A stretch of DNA of 64,000 bases, taken from NCBI GenBank assembly GCA_012295275.1, contig CM022679.1, positions 12,834,001 to 12,898,000 of the forward strand, in the 5' to 3' direction. This stretch comes from Chrysomallon squamiferum (Eukaryota; Animalia; Mollusca). The notes under the pieces were generated by a model. That model had not been told where the DNA came from. It saw only the letters and a program-made list of their open reading frames with translations, and ran no database searches. A program made the position numbers and the translations under genes. Of this stretch, positions 40,105-54,396 are shown one piece after another; position 1 is the first letter of the stretch, and every line of letters begins with the position of its first letter.

Positions 40105-42973
40105 TCTTACACATCATCTGAAAGCAAAAAAATTATTTTAATTTACAATACAAACTGAACGTAAGTAAACTGCTAACAGTCAATAAAGCAATACAATCTG
40201 TAATAGTTCAAAGTCCTTATTACAGTGTTTTCTTAAGTGAAGAGTAATCACACAGACAACGTAAAACAGAGTAAAATACAAAACTCACCATTGTGGCCTA
40301 ACTGATGCTGGCGGACGTGGGTGTAGCAGTATTCGTCAAACGAACAGCCGTGGCCGTCCACAAAAGAAAAGCCAAGTGGACAACGTTCATAATGAGAAAT
40401 ACCGCCGATGCAGAGGTAGTAGTCGTAGCAGTAACCGTGCTTTTTGTAGGCTGAGAAGTCAGGATTACCGTAACAAATATCTACTGTTTTTTAAAAACAA
40501 AAAACAAAAAAACAATCATCATTAAAAATAACCTTAGTACAAAATAAACAGAAATGTTTTGGTGTTGGATACTAACAGGGTTTTGAACGTGATCTGAATG
40601 ATAGAAATTAATCACTGATAATCCAAAAACAAATAAAACAACCTTGACAGACCATTACTCACACACACAGACACACACACACACACACACAAAGACACAC
40701 AGACTAAAGCACGTGGTCACGCATCTAATCAATATAAACAAAAAAGGACAGCACGCACGCACACTTATACACACATACGCAAGTGTGGATGCCACGATCC
40801 TTGAAAACGTCTTTGACACGGATAAACTGTCTCTACATAACAATATTTGCTTTTTGTTGTACTTATGTTTCTTAAGCATAATGACCATAAAACATTATAT
40901 TAACCAGACACTAATAATACCTTCAGATTTGTGGTTTAGCGGAAACACGCCGTGTTCGGATAAATAGCACAGGAAATCTTTGACACATCCAGAACCGTCG
41001 AAGGCGTAGCCAGACGGACACCTTTCGTAGTAGGTGTTACCACGGATACACTCGATGTATTCGTAACAGTAAGTCCCGTAGGAGTGTCGTGAGTAGTCAG
41101 GTTTGTCGTTACAGAAGTCTGAAAATAAAAAATAAAATAATAATAATAAAATAAAAATATTATAAGATCCACCACATAAAATACGTATTGAAAATACAAA
41201 TCATGGATTTGTTTAGGGAAACTTTCCAGTTATTAAGTTCAGTGGATAAATAAATGATTTTGTGAAGATTTCAGATAATCCTAACCAAAAGACGTAATTT
41301 ACTTCGGATTTTTGTCATATATTTCTCTGTTACCGCTATTACTACAACCACTACTGCTACTCTATTCTAGTCTACTACTACTACTGCAACTATTGGTACT
41401 AACTACCACATTTACTACTACTACTATAGTTACAGCTACAACAAAGCATCAAACAATAACGACAGCTACTACTATAACTACAGCAACAACAACTATTACT
41501 ATTACTAACGCCACCACCACTACTATTTTAACTACTTTTACTGCTATTACTACTACTACTACTACTCCAAGTCCTACGACGAATCTGTTTTTATCATTAT
41601 TATCATCAATATTACCATTGTTATAACAACTGAATAAAAATATTAAAATAAAAACCTTGCCAAGCCACCCTCCCTTAAAATATTGTATTAATTTATTGAA
41701 TTAATTAATTCTAATATCGGTATACAATAAATAAGAACTGTAATACTAAAACCAAACTAACCTTTAGTCACATATTTATATGATTTACATTCCGGGTCCC
41801 TGACACACTTAGCTTTTTGCACGTCAAATCGGAAACCGTATGGACACTGGTGATAGTGAGATATGCCTCCGTAACATTCATAATACTCGTAACAGTGTTC
41901 CATCACACTGTAGCGGTAACCATCAGCATGATGCTTGCAGTGCTCTGAAAACCAAGTCATTTTAAAGACATCGTAAGAACATAAGCTTTATAGATACAAT
42001 TCAAGGTGAGCTGCATGTAAGACATTATCATACAATTCTACAGTGAGACGCAGACCTTCTGGATTTAGTTCTTTCTTTACTGGCTTTGTCCTTAAAGAAG
42101 ATTTGCTAGCAAGTAAATATGCATCATTGTTTGATGACACTAGAAATGATTCATCTTCATACAAATGTATTTCTAATATCTATTTCATAGAAAAAAATCA
42201 GCCTGTTGTAGTAGAGTCAGGAGCTCTACATTTTTATTTAATAACATTTTACAAACAAATCTAAACTCTTAATAAAATGAATTCAAAATATTTTTAAAAA
42301 CAACAACAATATCAACAATGTCTTTGATTTCAAATACGTACGTCTCAATGGGAACAATTGGTTTTATGAAACATTAAAACAACTGATCAGTTATTCTTTG
42401 ACACTGTCAAACAGCACTGAATATAAAATCTCCTTTCTAAGATGTACGTGTATATAATATTAACTTACCAAGGATTGGTGTGCGGTGGAGGCAGTGTTCG
42501 TCTTTCACGCACCCGGCTCCGTACTCGTAGCGATATTTATTGGCGCATCTCTGGTAGATCGGCTTGTTTTGACTGCAGACGAAATACTCGTAACAGTAAC
42601 CTTTTCTAGAAAACTCTTCGCCATCTTTGTACAGCTTACAGAGATCTGTAAAACAAAAGAAGAAGAAGAAGAAGAAAAAGAAAATACTTTGTCATGGTAT
42701 ATATAAAATGTTTAAGGTTATCGTGTAAAATTAATTCCAGATAAAAGATAGTATATTTGCCAATATATGAGAAATATAGATGAAATATTATGTGTAGAAT
42801 ATTTATTTTAAGTGTGCGTGCACGTATGTATGTGTGTGTACGTATGTAGTTATATTTGTGAGAGTATATTTATATATATTTATATGTCTATATGTATGCA
42901 TTTATGTTTCTGTGTGTGTGTATGTATATATATATATATGGATGGAAGGATGTTTGGATGGGTGTGTTGTATC

Positions 42974-43022
<49 letters not shown>

Positions 43023-44395
43023 TGATGGACAGACAGTTTGATGAATGGAAGGACGGATGTAAGAATTGATGGATGGATGCTGTCGTGTTTACTTACTAAT
43101 CAGTTTGCTGACGTCACTTTGATGATGGCAGTTGTCATCCTGAACACATCTGCGTTTGCTGGGCTCGTATCTGTTTCCGTCTGGACACCTTTCATAGTAA
43201 GACTGAGTCCCATCACATACGTAATAGTCGTAACAGTAGCCTCCCTTAGTGTAAGTGTAACCATCAGGCTTGTGGTAACACAGATCTGAAACACATTGAA
43301 CTTAGATTCGTATCAGAATATAAATCACTTTTGATTTTGATTGAGTATCTGCGATCGAAAGAATGAGGTGATTAGCTAGATGTTTTGATGCTATAAGTGT
43401 AGCCATTATCTCTGCTATAACTGAAATCTGTCTGTAACAACAACAGCAACAACAACAACAACAACAACAATAATAATAATAATAATTATTATTATTTTCA
43501 TTATTATTTTATTATTAATGCTATTGTTATTGTTGTTGTTATTATTATTATTATCATCATTATTATTATCATTATCATTATTACTGTTATTATTATACAT
43601 TTAACAGTAATAATACTTGCTATATTTTAAATTTTTTCAACAATTCTCTTTTATTGTTTCCAATATATATTTTGAACTGTTTACTGAAAAACTTAAAACT
43701 TTGCTAATTGTATTAATAGAAATACATACAGCTGACACTTTATAAAACACCTGTTTTACACACACACACACACACACACACGTACACACTCACGTACACA
43801 CACACACACACATACACACACACATCCACATACACAAACACATATAATTATTAAGATGAAGTAAAATTACCTGTCTGGATGTTGGAGTCCATGATATGCC
43901 GATGGTAATAACAGTGTTCGTCGAAAACACACTTCTGTCCATTGAAACCTTGACCGTCCGGACAGCGTTCATAAAATGACTTGTTGTGATAACAGTAATA
44001 GTAGTCATAGCAGTACGTTCCGAAAGAGTACCTATAGCCATCCTTTTTACCTTCACAGAAATCTGAAAATTGTACAGTACAGTGGCAACTTCAGTAAACT
44101 GGTTTAACATCAAGGCATTTTTAGATTATTTTTGTTTTATATATAAATTACTTTACAGTGGTGCGATGTCGATATGATCAGTCGATACTGTCATTATCAT
44201 CTTTGATATCATTATCATTATCATCTCTACCACCACTACAATCATCATTATCATCATCAAATCACTGTTGTCATCATAAAAATCTATGTCATGAATTTTT
44301 ATCAAACACACAAAACACACAATAACACAACACAAACACACATACACATTATTGTGTCATGAATTTATATTTTTTTGTGTCACCTGTTAAAATAA

Positions 44396-44444
<49 letters not shown>

Positions 44445-45508
44445 GTATGAAAAAAAATAGTGATTTTACGTAATTCAATTTTAGAATTTCGATTTTAAAA
44501 AAATTCATTATATATTTATCTATAATACAGTTACAGAAGCAATATTAACAAATTGACCATGAACAATATTTCAGTTCATTATTTGTAATAGAATAGACAT
44601 TATTAATAAAAGAACTTTTAAATAAATAAATAAATAGTTTTGTACTACCTAAAACTACTAAAACCACTAAAACTACTACTACTACTACTACTAAATAATA
44701 ATAATTTTTTTCATCATCATCATCAGCAGCATAATTATCATCAAGACAAAAATCATTATAATCATCATCACTATCATCGTCATTATAGTATTTGTATTAA
44801 AGTTGAAACAGAACGAAAACGATTACCGTAATGGTAATAATGAACGCACCGTAGTATCTGGTTTTCGCGAGGTATGTACACTTTGGGTCGTTGACGCAGG
44901 TGTCGCCGTTGAACCTGTGGCCCTCGGGACATCGTTCGTAGTAGGATCTGCCGTGATAACACTGCTGATACTCGTAGCAGTGTCCTAGAGATGTGTACCT
45001 GTAGCCGTCAGGGTGGCGTTCACAGTTATCTGAGAGAAAAAAGTCAAATAAACGTTTTATTTGTGTATAATCATATTTTTCTTTTAGGTGTTATATAAAT
45101 ACATATGAATACAGCAGCAACACTGTCTGTTTCTACCATTAATATTACTACTGCCACAACGGCTGCTGCTATTATTGCTACTACTACTACTACTATCACT
45201 ACCATTAATATTACTACTGCTACTACTACTGCTACTACTACTACTACTATTACAATTACTGTCTACTTCTTTCTACCGTTACTGACACCATTACTGGTAA
45301 AAGAGTCAATTACCATTATTACTTCTGCCAACATTAATGCTACTACCTTTAATATTACTGAAACATCTAGTATTATTACTACTACTTTTAGCACTACTAC
45401 TACTACTACTACTATACTTCTATTACCATTATTACTGCTAACATTATAACTACACTACTATTAATACTACAACCACCACTACTATTCCAACTACTATTGC
45501 TACTACTT

Positions 45509-45553
<45 letters not shown>

Positions 45554-46060
45554 TTACTACTATTGCTACTAACCTTACTACTATAACTACTGCTACGTCT
45601 AGTCATCCTTCTCCTCCTACAATTGCCACTACTATTACTACTACAACTACCATCGCCACCACTACTGCTGCAACATCGGCTGGCATTTACTACCTTTGTT
45701 AACGCCACCGTGACTCTATTACCGTATGTTACGGTTTTATGTAAAATATTTTACCATATGGCAGGACCAGTTTAAACGAGCAGGGTTTATCTCTCACACA
45801 GCCCCGGTGCTGGTGATAGGCGTAGCCAGAAGGACATCGCTCGTACACGGTGTTGTTGTTGAAGCAGAAGTAGTACTCGAAACAGTAACCTCCGTAAGAA
45901 ACGGTGTAAAAATTGGGCGCGCCTAGACACGCATCTGAAAACATAAAGATTACACGTGGAGTTTACTGAATTATGAAACTGAAGTTGTGTGATTAACATA
46001 CTCGAAACAGAATTTGCAAAGAAAACACGTAGAAAAAAATCCACTGCATTTTTCTATCAT

Positions 46061-46109
<49 letters not shown>

Positions 46110-47373
46110 TATACCTAAACAAATAAACATACATACACATACATAAACACACACAGAAAGATACACACATATTTATACATATATACATATATACATAAAC
46201 ACACACAGAAACATACACACATATTTTATACATACATACATATATACATACATACATACATACATACACATACACATACATACATACATACATATAATAT
46301 ATACATACATACATACATACATACATACATACATACGTACATACATACATACACACAAATACACACACACACACATACATACATACATACATACGAAGTA
46401 TAATTTTGAACGAGAAATAAACAACAAGGACTCACTATCTGGGTGGTCGTGTGACTGTCTACAGTTGTGGTCGTAGACGCACTGTCTGGCGTGGTCGAAG
46501 GAGTGGAAGTCAGGACATCGCGAGTAGTAAGATTTGCTGTTGCCGCAGGTGAAGTATTCGTAGCAGTGACCACCGAGACTGTAGGTGTAGCCGTTGGGAG
46601 ACTTGGAGCAGTAATCTGTTTAGATTTAACATTGCGTATTAAACCCTTTGTATGTATATGTATGTTCGTGTGTGTTTAATCTATGTATAATCACACACCC
46701 AAAGTAATATACATTTAAATGGAAGATTTGTGTTATGTTTTATTACACTTTGAACTCTCCTTATTTCGCTCTTTTTCTTTCTGTTTCCTTCTCTCTCACG
46801 GGTGCATCTTTGTTTTTTTGTTGTTTTTTTCGCATCAAAACGTGTGAGTTATGTACACGTTAACTCAGTACACACACATACAACACATACAGACCCACGC
46901 AACACAGACTATGCACATAAACAGAAAATATGTTAAAATAATAAATTCCTTTTACCGTGTTTTTCGTAAACGTTTCTTTTCTCAATACTGTGTGATTCTG
47001 TAAAAGAAAAAAAAAAGTAAGAAAAATAATTATTTTTTTCATTAGATATCGAAATACCTGTCCATGTCTATGTTTATTATTTTCATTAGTGTATTTGCTT
47101 TTATCACTGCGTTTATCTTCATGTAACTGGTTTATGATTATTTTTGTAGATATAAATGGATGTACTTAATTTACATTTTATATATGTTTGTTTACTTGTG
47201 CTTGCGTCTATATGTGTAAGACTGAACATGTGTTTTTATTTATATTGTAACATAATTTTACCATGATTTTCAACTGTAAAATTCGTGTTCTGTATAGGCA
47301 CACATACTGATATGTACTGTCACATAACAACTGCATAAATAATCCTCACTTGTGAAAAAGCCTTTATTATGAT

Positions 47374-47430
<57 letters not shown>

Positions 47431-48098
47431 TTTATTTATTTTTGTTTAAATATATCTTTTCTTTCTTATTTTCGTTTTATTTTTTTTCATGCAAAGTACT
47501 ATTAAGATGAATACATACATACGTACATACATGTACATATATATATAATCAAATAAAACATTTCTGATGTAACAACTGGATAGATAATCTTCACTTGTGA
47601 AAAAGCCTTTATATGATATTTATTTATTTATTTAATTTAAATTTAAAACATATCTTTTCTTTCTTATTTTCGTTTTATTTTTTTTTCATCAAATATATTA
47701 AGATGAATACACGTCAACAATTGATATATAATCAAATAAAACATTTCTGATTTCATCAAATATAGAAGACCTGAACAATTGACTGACGTCATTTACTGAA
47801 TACCCACAGTCGGTGCTCAGACTGTTTCTCTTGGTAACAGAGTGACACACACAGAAACACACGTACGCCCACGCACACGACTGATGGTGACATACCCTCT
47901 GTTTCTCTCCTCTTTCTCCCTGTGTGTGGTGGTGGATTGTTCAGGTAAGGATAAGGTAGATTACCGTTAGCTCCAGTCAGTAAATCTTTTAGTTGTGCTG
48001 TAAGATTAGAAAAATATAACCAGAATTTATATGTATTTAATCAGAGGTAATAAGAAAAAGGAAAATTTGGAAAATGTATTATTATTATTATTATTATT

Positions 48099-48134
<36 letters not shown>

Positions 48135-48855
48135 ATTGTTAATGTTACTGTTACTGTTATTTTATTTTATTTTATTTTATTTATTTATTCTTAAATATTT
48201 TTAATTGAATTTACATCATCTTGAAAGTTAAATCCTATATATTAATGACCCTCACATTTTCTTAAATAATCGTATTATAACTGTATGAACGAATTCCTTT
48301 TATGCTACATTAGAATATAATAAAATGAGATGAAATGTAATATAATATAATATAATATAATATAATATAAGAGAGTATAACTCAACATTATACAGAATAG
48401 CATAATATAACATAACGTAATAGTAATTCAAAACATTGTACATAATATAGAACATAATGTAACTTAATACACAATACAACATAACACAATGTAATTTAAC
48501 ATAATACGTGTTGTTATAATTTTCTACGGTATTCAATGTAAATTACCATACGTATATTATAACATTATATATAACAATACTTACCATCGCCGCCGTAGTA
48601 GTAGTAATAGTAGTAGAAGAAGTACTGGTAGTAGTAGCGGAAGTAGTTGCTGTCGCCGTTGTGGAGGGATATACCTAATTTATATTTTATATATATTTCT
48701 TTGCTTGTATCTGTGTTTTTATTTATATTGTAATATAATTTTACCATGATTTTCAACTGTAAAATTCTGTTTTGTATATGCACACATACCGATATGTACT
48801 GTCACATAACTACTGGATAAATAATCTTCACTTTCAAAAAGTTTTTTATTATGAT

Positions 48856-48898
<43 letters not shown>

Positions 48899-49380
48899 TT
48901 TTTGTTTAATTATATCTTTTCTTTTTTACTTTCGTTTTAATTAAAAAAAATTTTTTTATGCAACGTACTATTAAGATGAGTACATACATACATACGTATA
49001 TATATATATATATAAAATAAAACCTTGTTTCTGACGTCATCATTTCCGAGAAATATAGAAGATGTCAACAATTGACTGACGTCATTACCAAAAACCTACA
49101 GACGCTGTTCAGACTGGGCAGCCTGTTTCACCCTGAGATTATACTTGGCTTCAGAGTAACATACGCAAATACACACGTACGCACACACACACGACTGATG
49201 GTGACATACCCTGTGCTTCTCTCCTCTTTCTCCCTGTGTATGGTGGTGGGTTGTTCAGGTAAGGATAAGGTAGATTACCGTAAGGTCCAGTCAATAAATC
49301 TTTTATTTGTGCTGTAAGATTGCAAAAAAATAAACCAGAATTTATATGTATTTAATCAAAGACAATGGAAACAAATGAAA

Positions 49381-49414
<34 letters not shown>

Positions 49415-50783
49415 TTATTTTTATTTATTTTATTTTTTATTTATTTATTTATTTATTCTTAAATATTTTTAATCGAATTTACTTCATCTTGAAAGTTAAA
49501 TCATTTACATTAATGGCGCTCCCACTTTCTGAAATAATCGTGAAGTAAATGCGTTAACGAATTCCTTTTTATGCTACATTAGAATATAATAAAACTGAGA
49601 AGAAATACTATATAATATAATATAATATAATATAATATAATATAATATAATATAATATAATAGAAGAGAGCATAACTTAACATTATACAGAATAGCATAA
49701 TATAACATAATGTAATAATAATTTAAAACATTTTATATATAACATAATATAACTTAATACACAATACAACATAACACAATGTAACGTAATTTAACATAAT
49801 ACCCGTTGTTATAACTTTTCTACGGTATTCAGCGTAAATTATCATACGACGTATATTATAACATTATATAAAACAATACTTACCATCGCCGCGGTAGTAG
49901 TAGTAATAGTAGTAGAAGTAGTACTGGTAGTAGTGGCGGAAGTAGTAGCAGTCGCCGTCGTAGACGCAGCCTTTGCCGGACTTGTACGAGTATCCGATAG
50001 GACATCGACTGTAAACGGATTTGCCGTACTGACAGATGTAGTATTCGAAGCAGTGGCCGTTCTGCTGGTAGGTGTGGCCGTTGGGCTGGTTGAAGCAGTA
50101 ATCTAAAAACAGAAAGAGTATTGGATTTTATAATAATTCATTATTAGTTGTTGTGATGCTGTTTTCATTTGTTCTTCTAGGTACACGTTATAGTATGCGG
50201 ATAATTACAGTAACGCTATACAAACAGGTATGTTATATAAGCATCTGATACGAATTTGTTTATATATTTCAATACCGCAACGTATATAAATATAAATATT
50301 TGAAAACATGTACACACATGTACACAATTCGTTCCTACTTTTACATACACTCGACACACACACACACACGCATCCACACACGCACACATTAAACGTGTAC
50401 GCGTATGAAGAATGCATTAGACTGTCTAACGCTACCTCTAACTCTGTGATGACTGTACGCGCACGTGCGGTCCTGCACGCATTCTTCAGAGGCGGAGTCG
50501 TAGCTGTAGAACTCGGGACATCGCTTGTAGAACGCCGTCCCCTTGTAGCACTGGTTCAGTTCGTAGCAGTAACCTCCAGCGTACGAGTAGTCACTGGGAG
50601 CCCCCTTACAGAAATCTGTCAATGATAATAATAATGATGATGATAATGATGATGATGAGAATAATAATAATAATGAAGTGATGATGATGGTAATAATAAT
50701 ATTGATGATGGTAATGATGGAATAATAATACAGAAATCTGTCAATGATAATAATAATGATGATGATGATGGTGATGATGATGA

Positions 50784-50834
<51 letters not shown>

Positions 50835-51421
50835 AGTCATGATGATGGTAATAATAATATTGATGATGGTAATGATGGAATAATAATAATAATAATGATG
50901 ATGATGGTGATGACGATGATAATAATGTTGATGATAATAATAATGGAATAATACAAATAATAAAATAACAATGATGATGGATATTGGTAATAAGTAATAG
51001 TAATAACAATCACAATCACAATTAAACGAGAATGATTACAATAGTGAGAGTGATAATGATGATAATGGTGGCAAATAAACATTATTACCTGAACGAAAGT
51101 GATGTTCATAGACACATTCTGCATCCTTCACACACGTCTGCCCATCGAAGCTGTAGCCAGAAGGACACTGCTCGTACTGCGAGGTGTGGTTCCAGCAGAC
51201 GAAGTATTCGTAACAGTGGCCGCCGTTGTGGTATCCTTGGCCGTCTTTCAGATGTTTGCACACGTCTGAAATGTGGTGAAAATGAGATCCAGTAATACAT
51301 AACTAGTTAAATAGAAATATTTCCTGAAAAATTAGTTAATTTTATTAATGGCTATTTGTTGAAAAAAAATTAATAAATAAAAAGCGGTTTATATAGCACT
51401 GGTATGAGGAGATATTGCGAA

Positions 51422-51466
<45 letters not shown>

Positions 51467-51487
51467 TACTTTTTATTTTCAGTTGTT

Positions 51488-51530
<43 letters not shown>

Positions 51531-52644
51531 TTTGTTTATTTTTTTATTTCTGTTGATTTAATCAGGCGATCTTTGATATGTTTCTTCCCATTCATACCAT
51601 GATCATTGACCAGAACGATATGTTACTGTTTAACATGGTTTTAGTTTACTTTATACATTTTTGTAGCAAGAAGAAGAAGAAGAACAACAGCAACATCAAC
51701 AACAACAACAATAATAATAGTAGAAATATTTTACTGTAATATTATTTGATCATTTTATCAAAAATCTTGTTCTGACTAATTTTCTTGTAACAGATGAATA
51801 GATAGGCAGACAGACAGAAAGATGGATACTAGCTATATACATATATATATAAAATAAGATAAACATTATATAATGTTATACAACTAAACTATAATGTTAC
51901 CTGGAGCGAAGTTGCCTGGACTAGCAGTCTTGCAGTTTCGGTCATACACACATTGACGTACTCTCTCCGAGTACCTGTAGCTGTTTGGACATTTCATCAA
52001 CACTGATTTACTGTTGTGACATCGGAAATACTCGTTACAGTAGCCTCCCATAGTGTACGTGAAGTTGTCTTTTCTATCGCTGCAGAAATCTACAGTTGAA
52101 CCAAAATAAACGTAAATGTTAATTAAAGCTTTGCATTATGCACTTCGGAGGTAATCGTATCAATTCGTAAACCAACTACTGATATAATTAACATTACCGA
52201 AAGCGTACGAAGGGTAGGATCGGCAGTGTTCGTCTCTGACGCATCTTCCTGGAGTGGAAGCGTTAAAGTACTTGTAGCTGAAACCATCGGGACACGTGCT
52301 GTAGTGTGACTCTGAGCCTTGACACGTGTAAAACTCGTAACAGAAACCTCCTATATTGTACGTGTAGCCGTCCTGTCTGCCGTAGCAGAAATCTGTGATG
52401 ATAATAATAATAATAACAGCAACAACAACAACAACAACAACAATAATAATAATTTAACGTTGACTTTGACGACAACGATGATGATGATGTTGATGACAAC
52501 AACGACCATGACAATCAATAATAATAATAATAATGATGATGATGATGATGACGATGACGAAACGACGATGATAACGATGATAATAATAATGACAACAACG
52601 ACACTGACAATCATTCAATCAATGAATGAATGAATGAATAAAAC

Positions 52645-52683
<39 letters not shown>

Positions 52684-54310
52684 CATAATCATAATAACGG
52701 TGCATAACTAGATAAACTGACAAATATATGGAAAGATAGATAGAAAGGTAGGTAAGGCGGTAGTAGGTAGGTAGGTAGCATAATTAGATAAACGGAGAGA
52801 CAGACAGACAGACAGATGGACGAAAAAAAGAATGAATGAATGAATGAATGAATGAATGAATAAGGCAATTAATTAATCAGGAACACTCACCAATATACCC
52901 AGCAGCTTAAAAAATAAAATAAATAAGTTATCTGTAATTAAATAACTTCACAGCAAATATTTTAGAATTAAAATTTCTAATTACATTAACTTTTTAGTAA
53001 TCAAAACTGACTTAGATGAAAACAACAACAATAATAATAAAAAAAAAGATGACTGCAACTCTCCATTCATTAATAAAATTAGTTTTGTGTATGAAAACTG
53101 ACACAGCCCAATATTAAGCAATATTTTATTGGATGCTTCAGGATGATTTTTAGAATTATTTTTGTTTGTCAGATTACTTACGTGGAATATTTTGATAGTT
53201 AAATTGAGCAGGCGATCTTTTTTCAATGTACGAATGATCTGGAAAAAAAAAAAAAATAAATTAATAAAATAATAATAATAATAATATAATATAAAAATAA
53301 AATAGAATAAAATAAAAACGTAATAATAATATAAAGGAAACGTAAAATAATAAAGCAGTTTGAATAAAAATTAACTTGAATTATGTGTTATTTTATTAAT
53401 TTGTCTTTTTTTTGATTTTCATTACATTTATTTTTATTTATATATACACATAACTACTTATACACCCTCTCACACACACACACACATATATACAAATATA
53501 CAAATACACACACATAAACACAAGCACGTACACGCACACACATACACATATGTATATCAGAAGATACATTACGATGTGCGAAATTGCCGGGTTGTCTGTA
53601 TCTGCAGTACTTGTCTTTGACGCAGCCAAAGTTCTTGTAGGCGAAACCATTCGGACACCTCTGATAAACAGACGCGTGCTGATGACAAACGTAGAACTCG
53701 TTACAGAAACCACCCAGCGTGTACTTGGCTCCGTCTTTCAGCAAGTAGCAAGGATCTTTCTCTGAAATAGCGTTCAGCAGGTGTTTAGAATCATATCAGC
53801 GATCAGTATCTGTGAAATGACTAGACATTACAGAGATAAAAAGTTATTAGAGAAAATTATTATCTGGATTATCAGAAGCCGCTATTGTTAAAATAGCATG
53901 GGCATCTGTAATTGTAATCCTACAGTTTATTAGAATAAAATATATTGTTATTCGTTCGTTAGTTAATCTTCTTTATTGCACACAGGAAGAAGACACATTA
54001 GGAAACATTAGTTCGAAGCTAACCGTGTATTAAAGAGCAAATAAATGCGTCAAAGAACATTAAAAACTGAAAGACCAACATGAATAAATGAATACATTAT
54101 ACTACAACAAACAAGCGCACACACCTTTCTGGAGATGCTGTTCGTATCGGCAGTGGCGGTCCTCGACACAGTTCTGGTAGGTGGAGTCGAAGGAAAAGCC
54201 GTCCGGACACCTCTGATAGTGAGCCAGTGAGTAGTAACACACGTAATACTCGTAACAGTACTCCTTATAGCTGAACTTAGTCCCCTCCGTGTTGTCACAG
54301 ATCCCTGGAG

Positions 54311-54396
<86 letters not shown>

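Larger units (their letters stand above)
47155..49960. repeat. Recent tandem duplication (~1.3-1.5 kb units, about 47155-48660 and 48665-49960)
   Basis: Intron and exon sequences are collinear and highly similar, e.g. 47241-47340 vs 48724-48830, 47870-48050 vs 49185-49365, and 48170-48660 vs 49440-49960. Confidence 0.92.

Noticed and set aside
44827-44849. Alternative donor ACG|GTAATC extending domain exon 13
   Set aside because: It would be phase 0 and break the frame. The phase-1 donor at 44849 fits.
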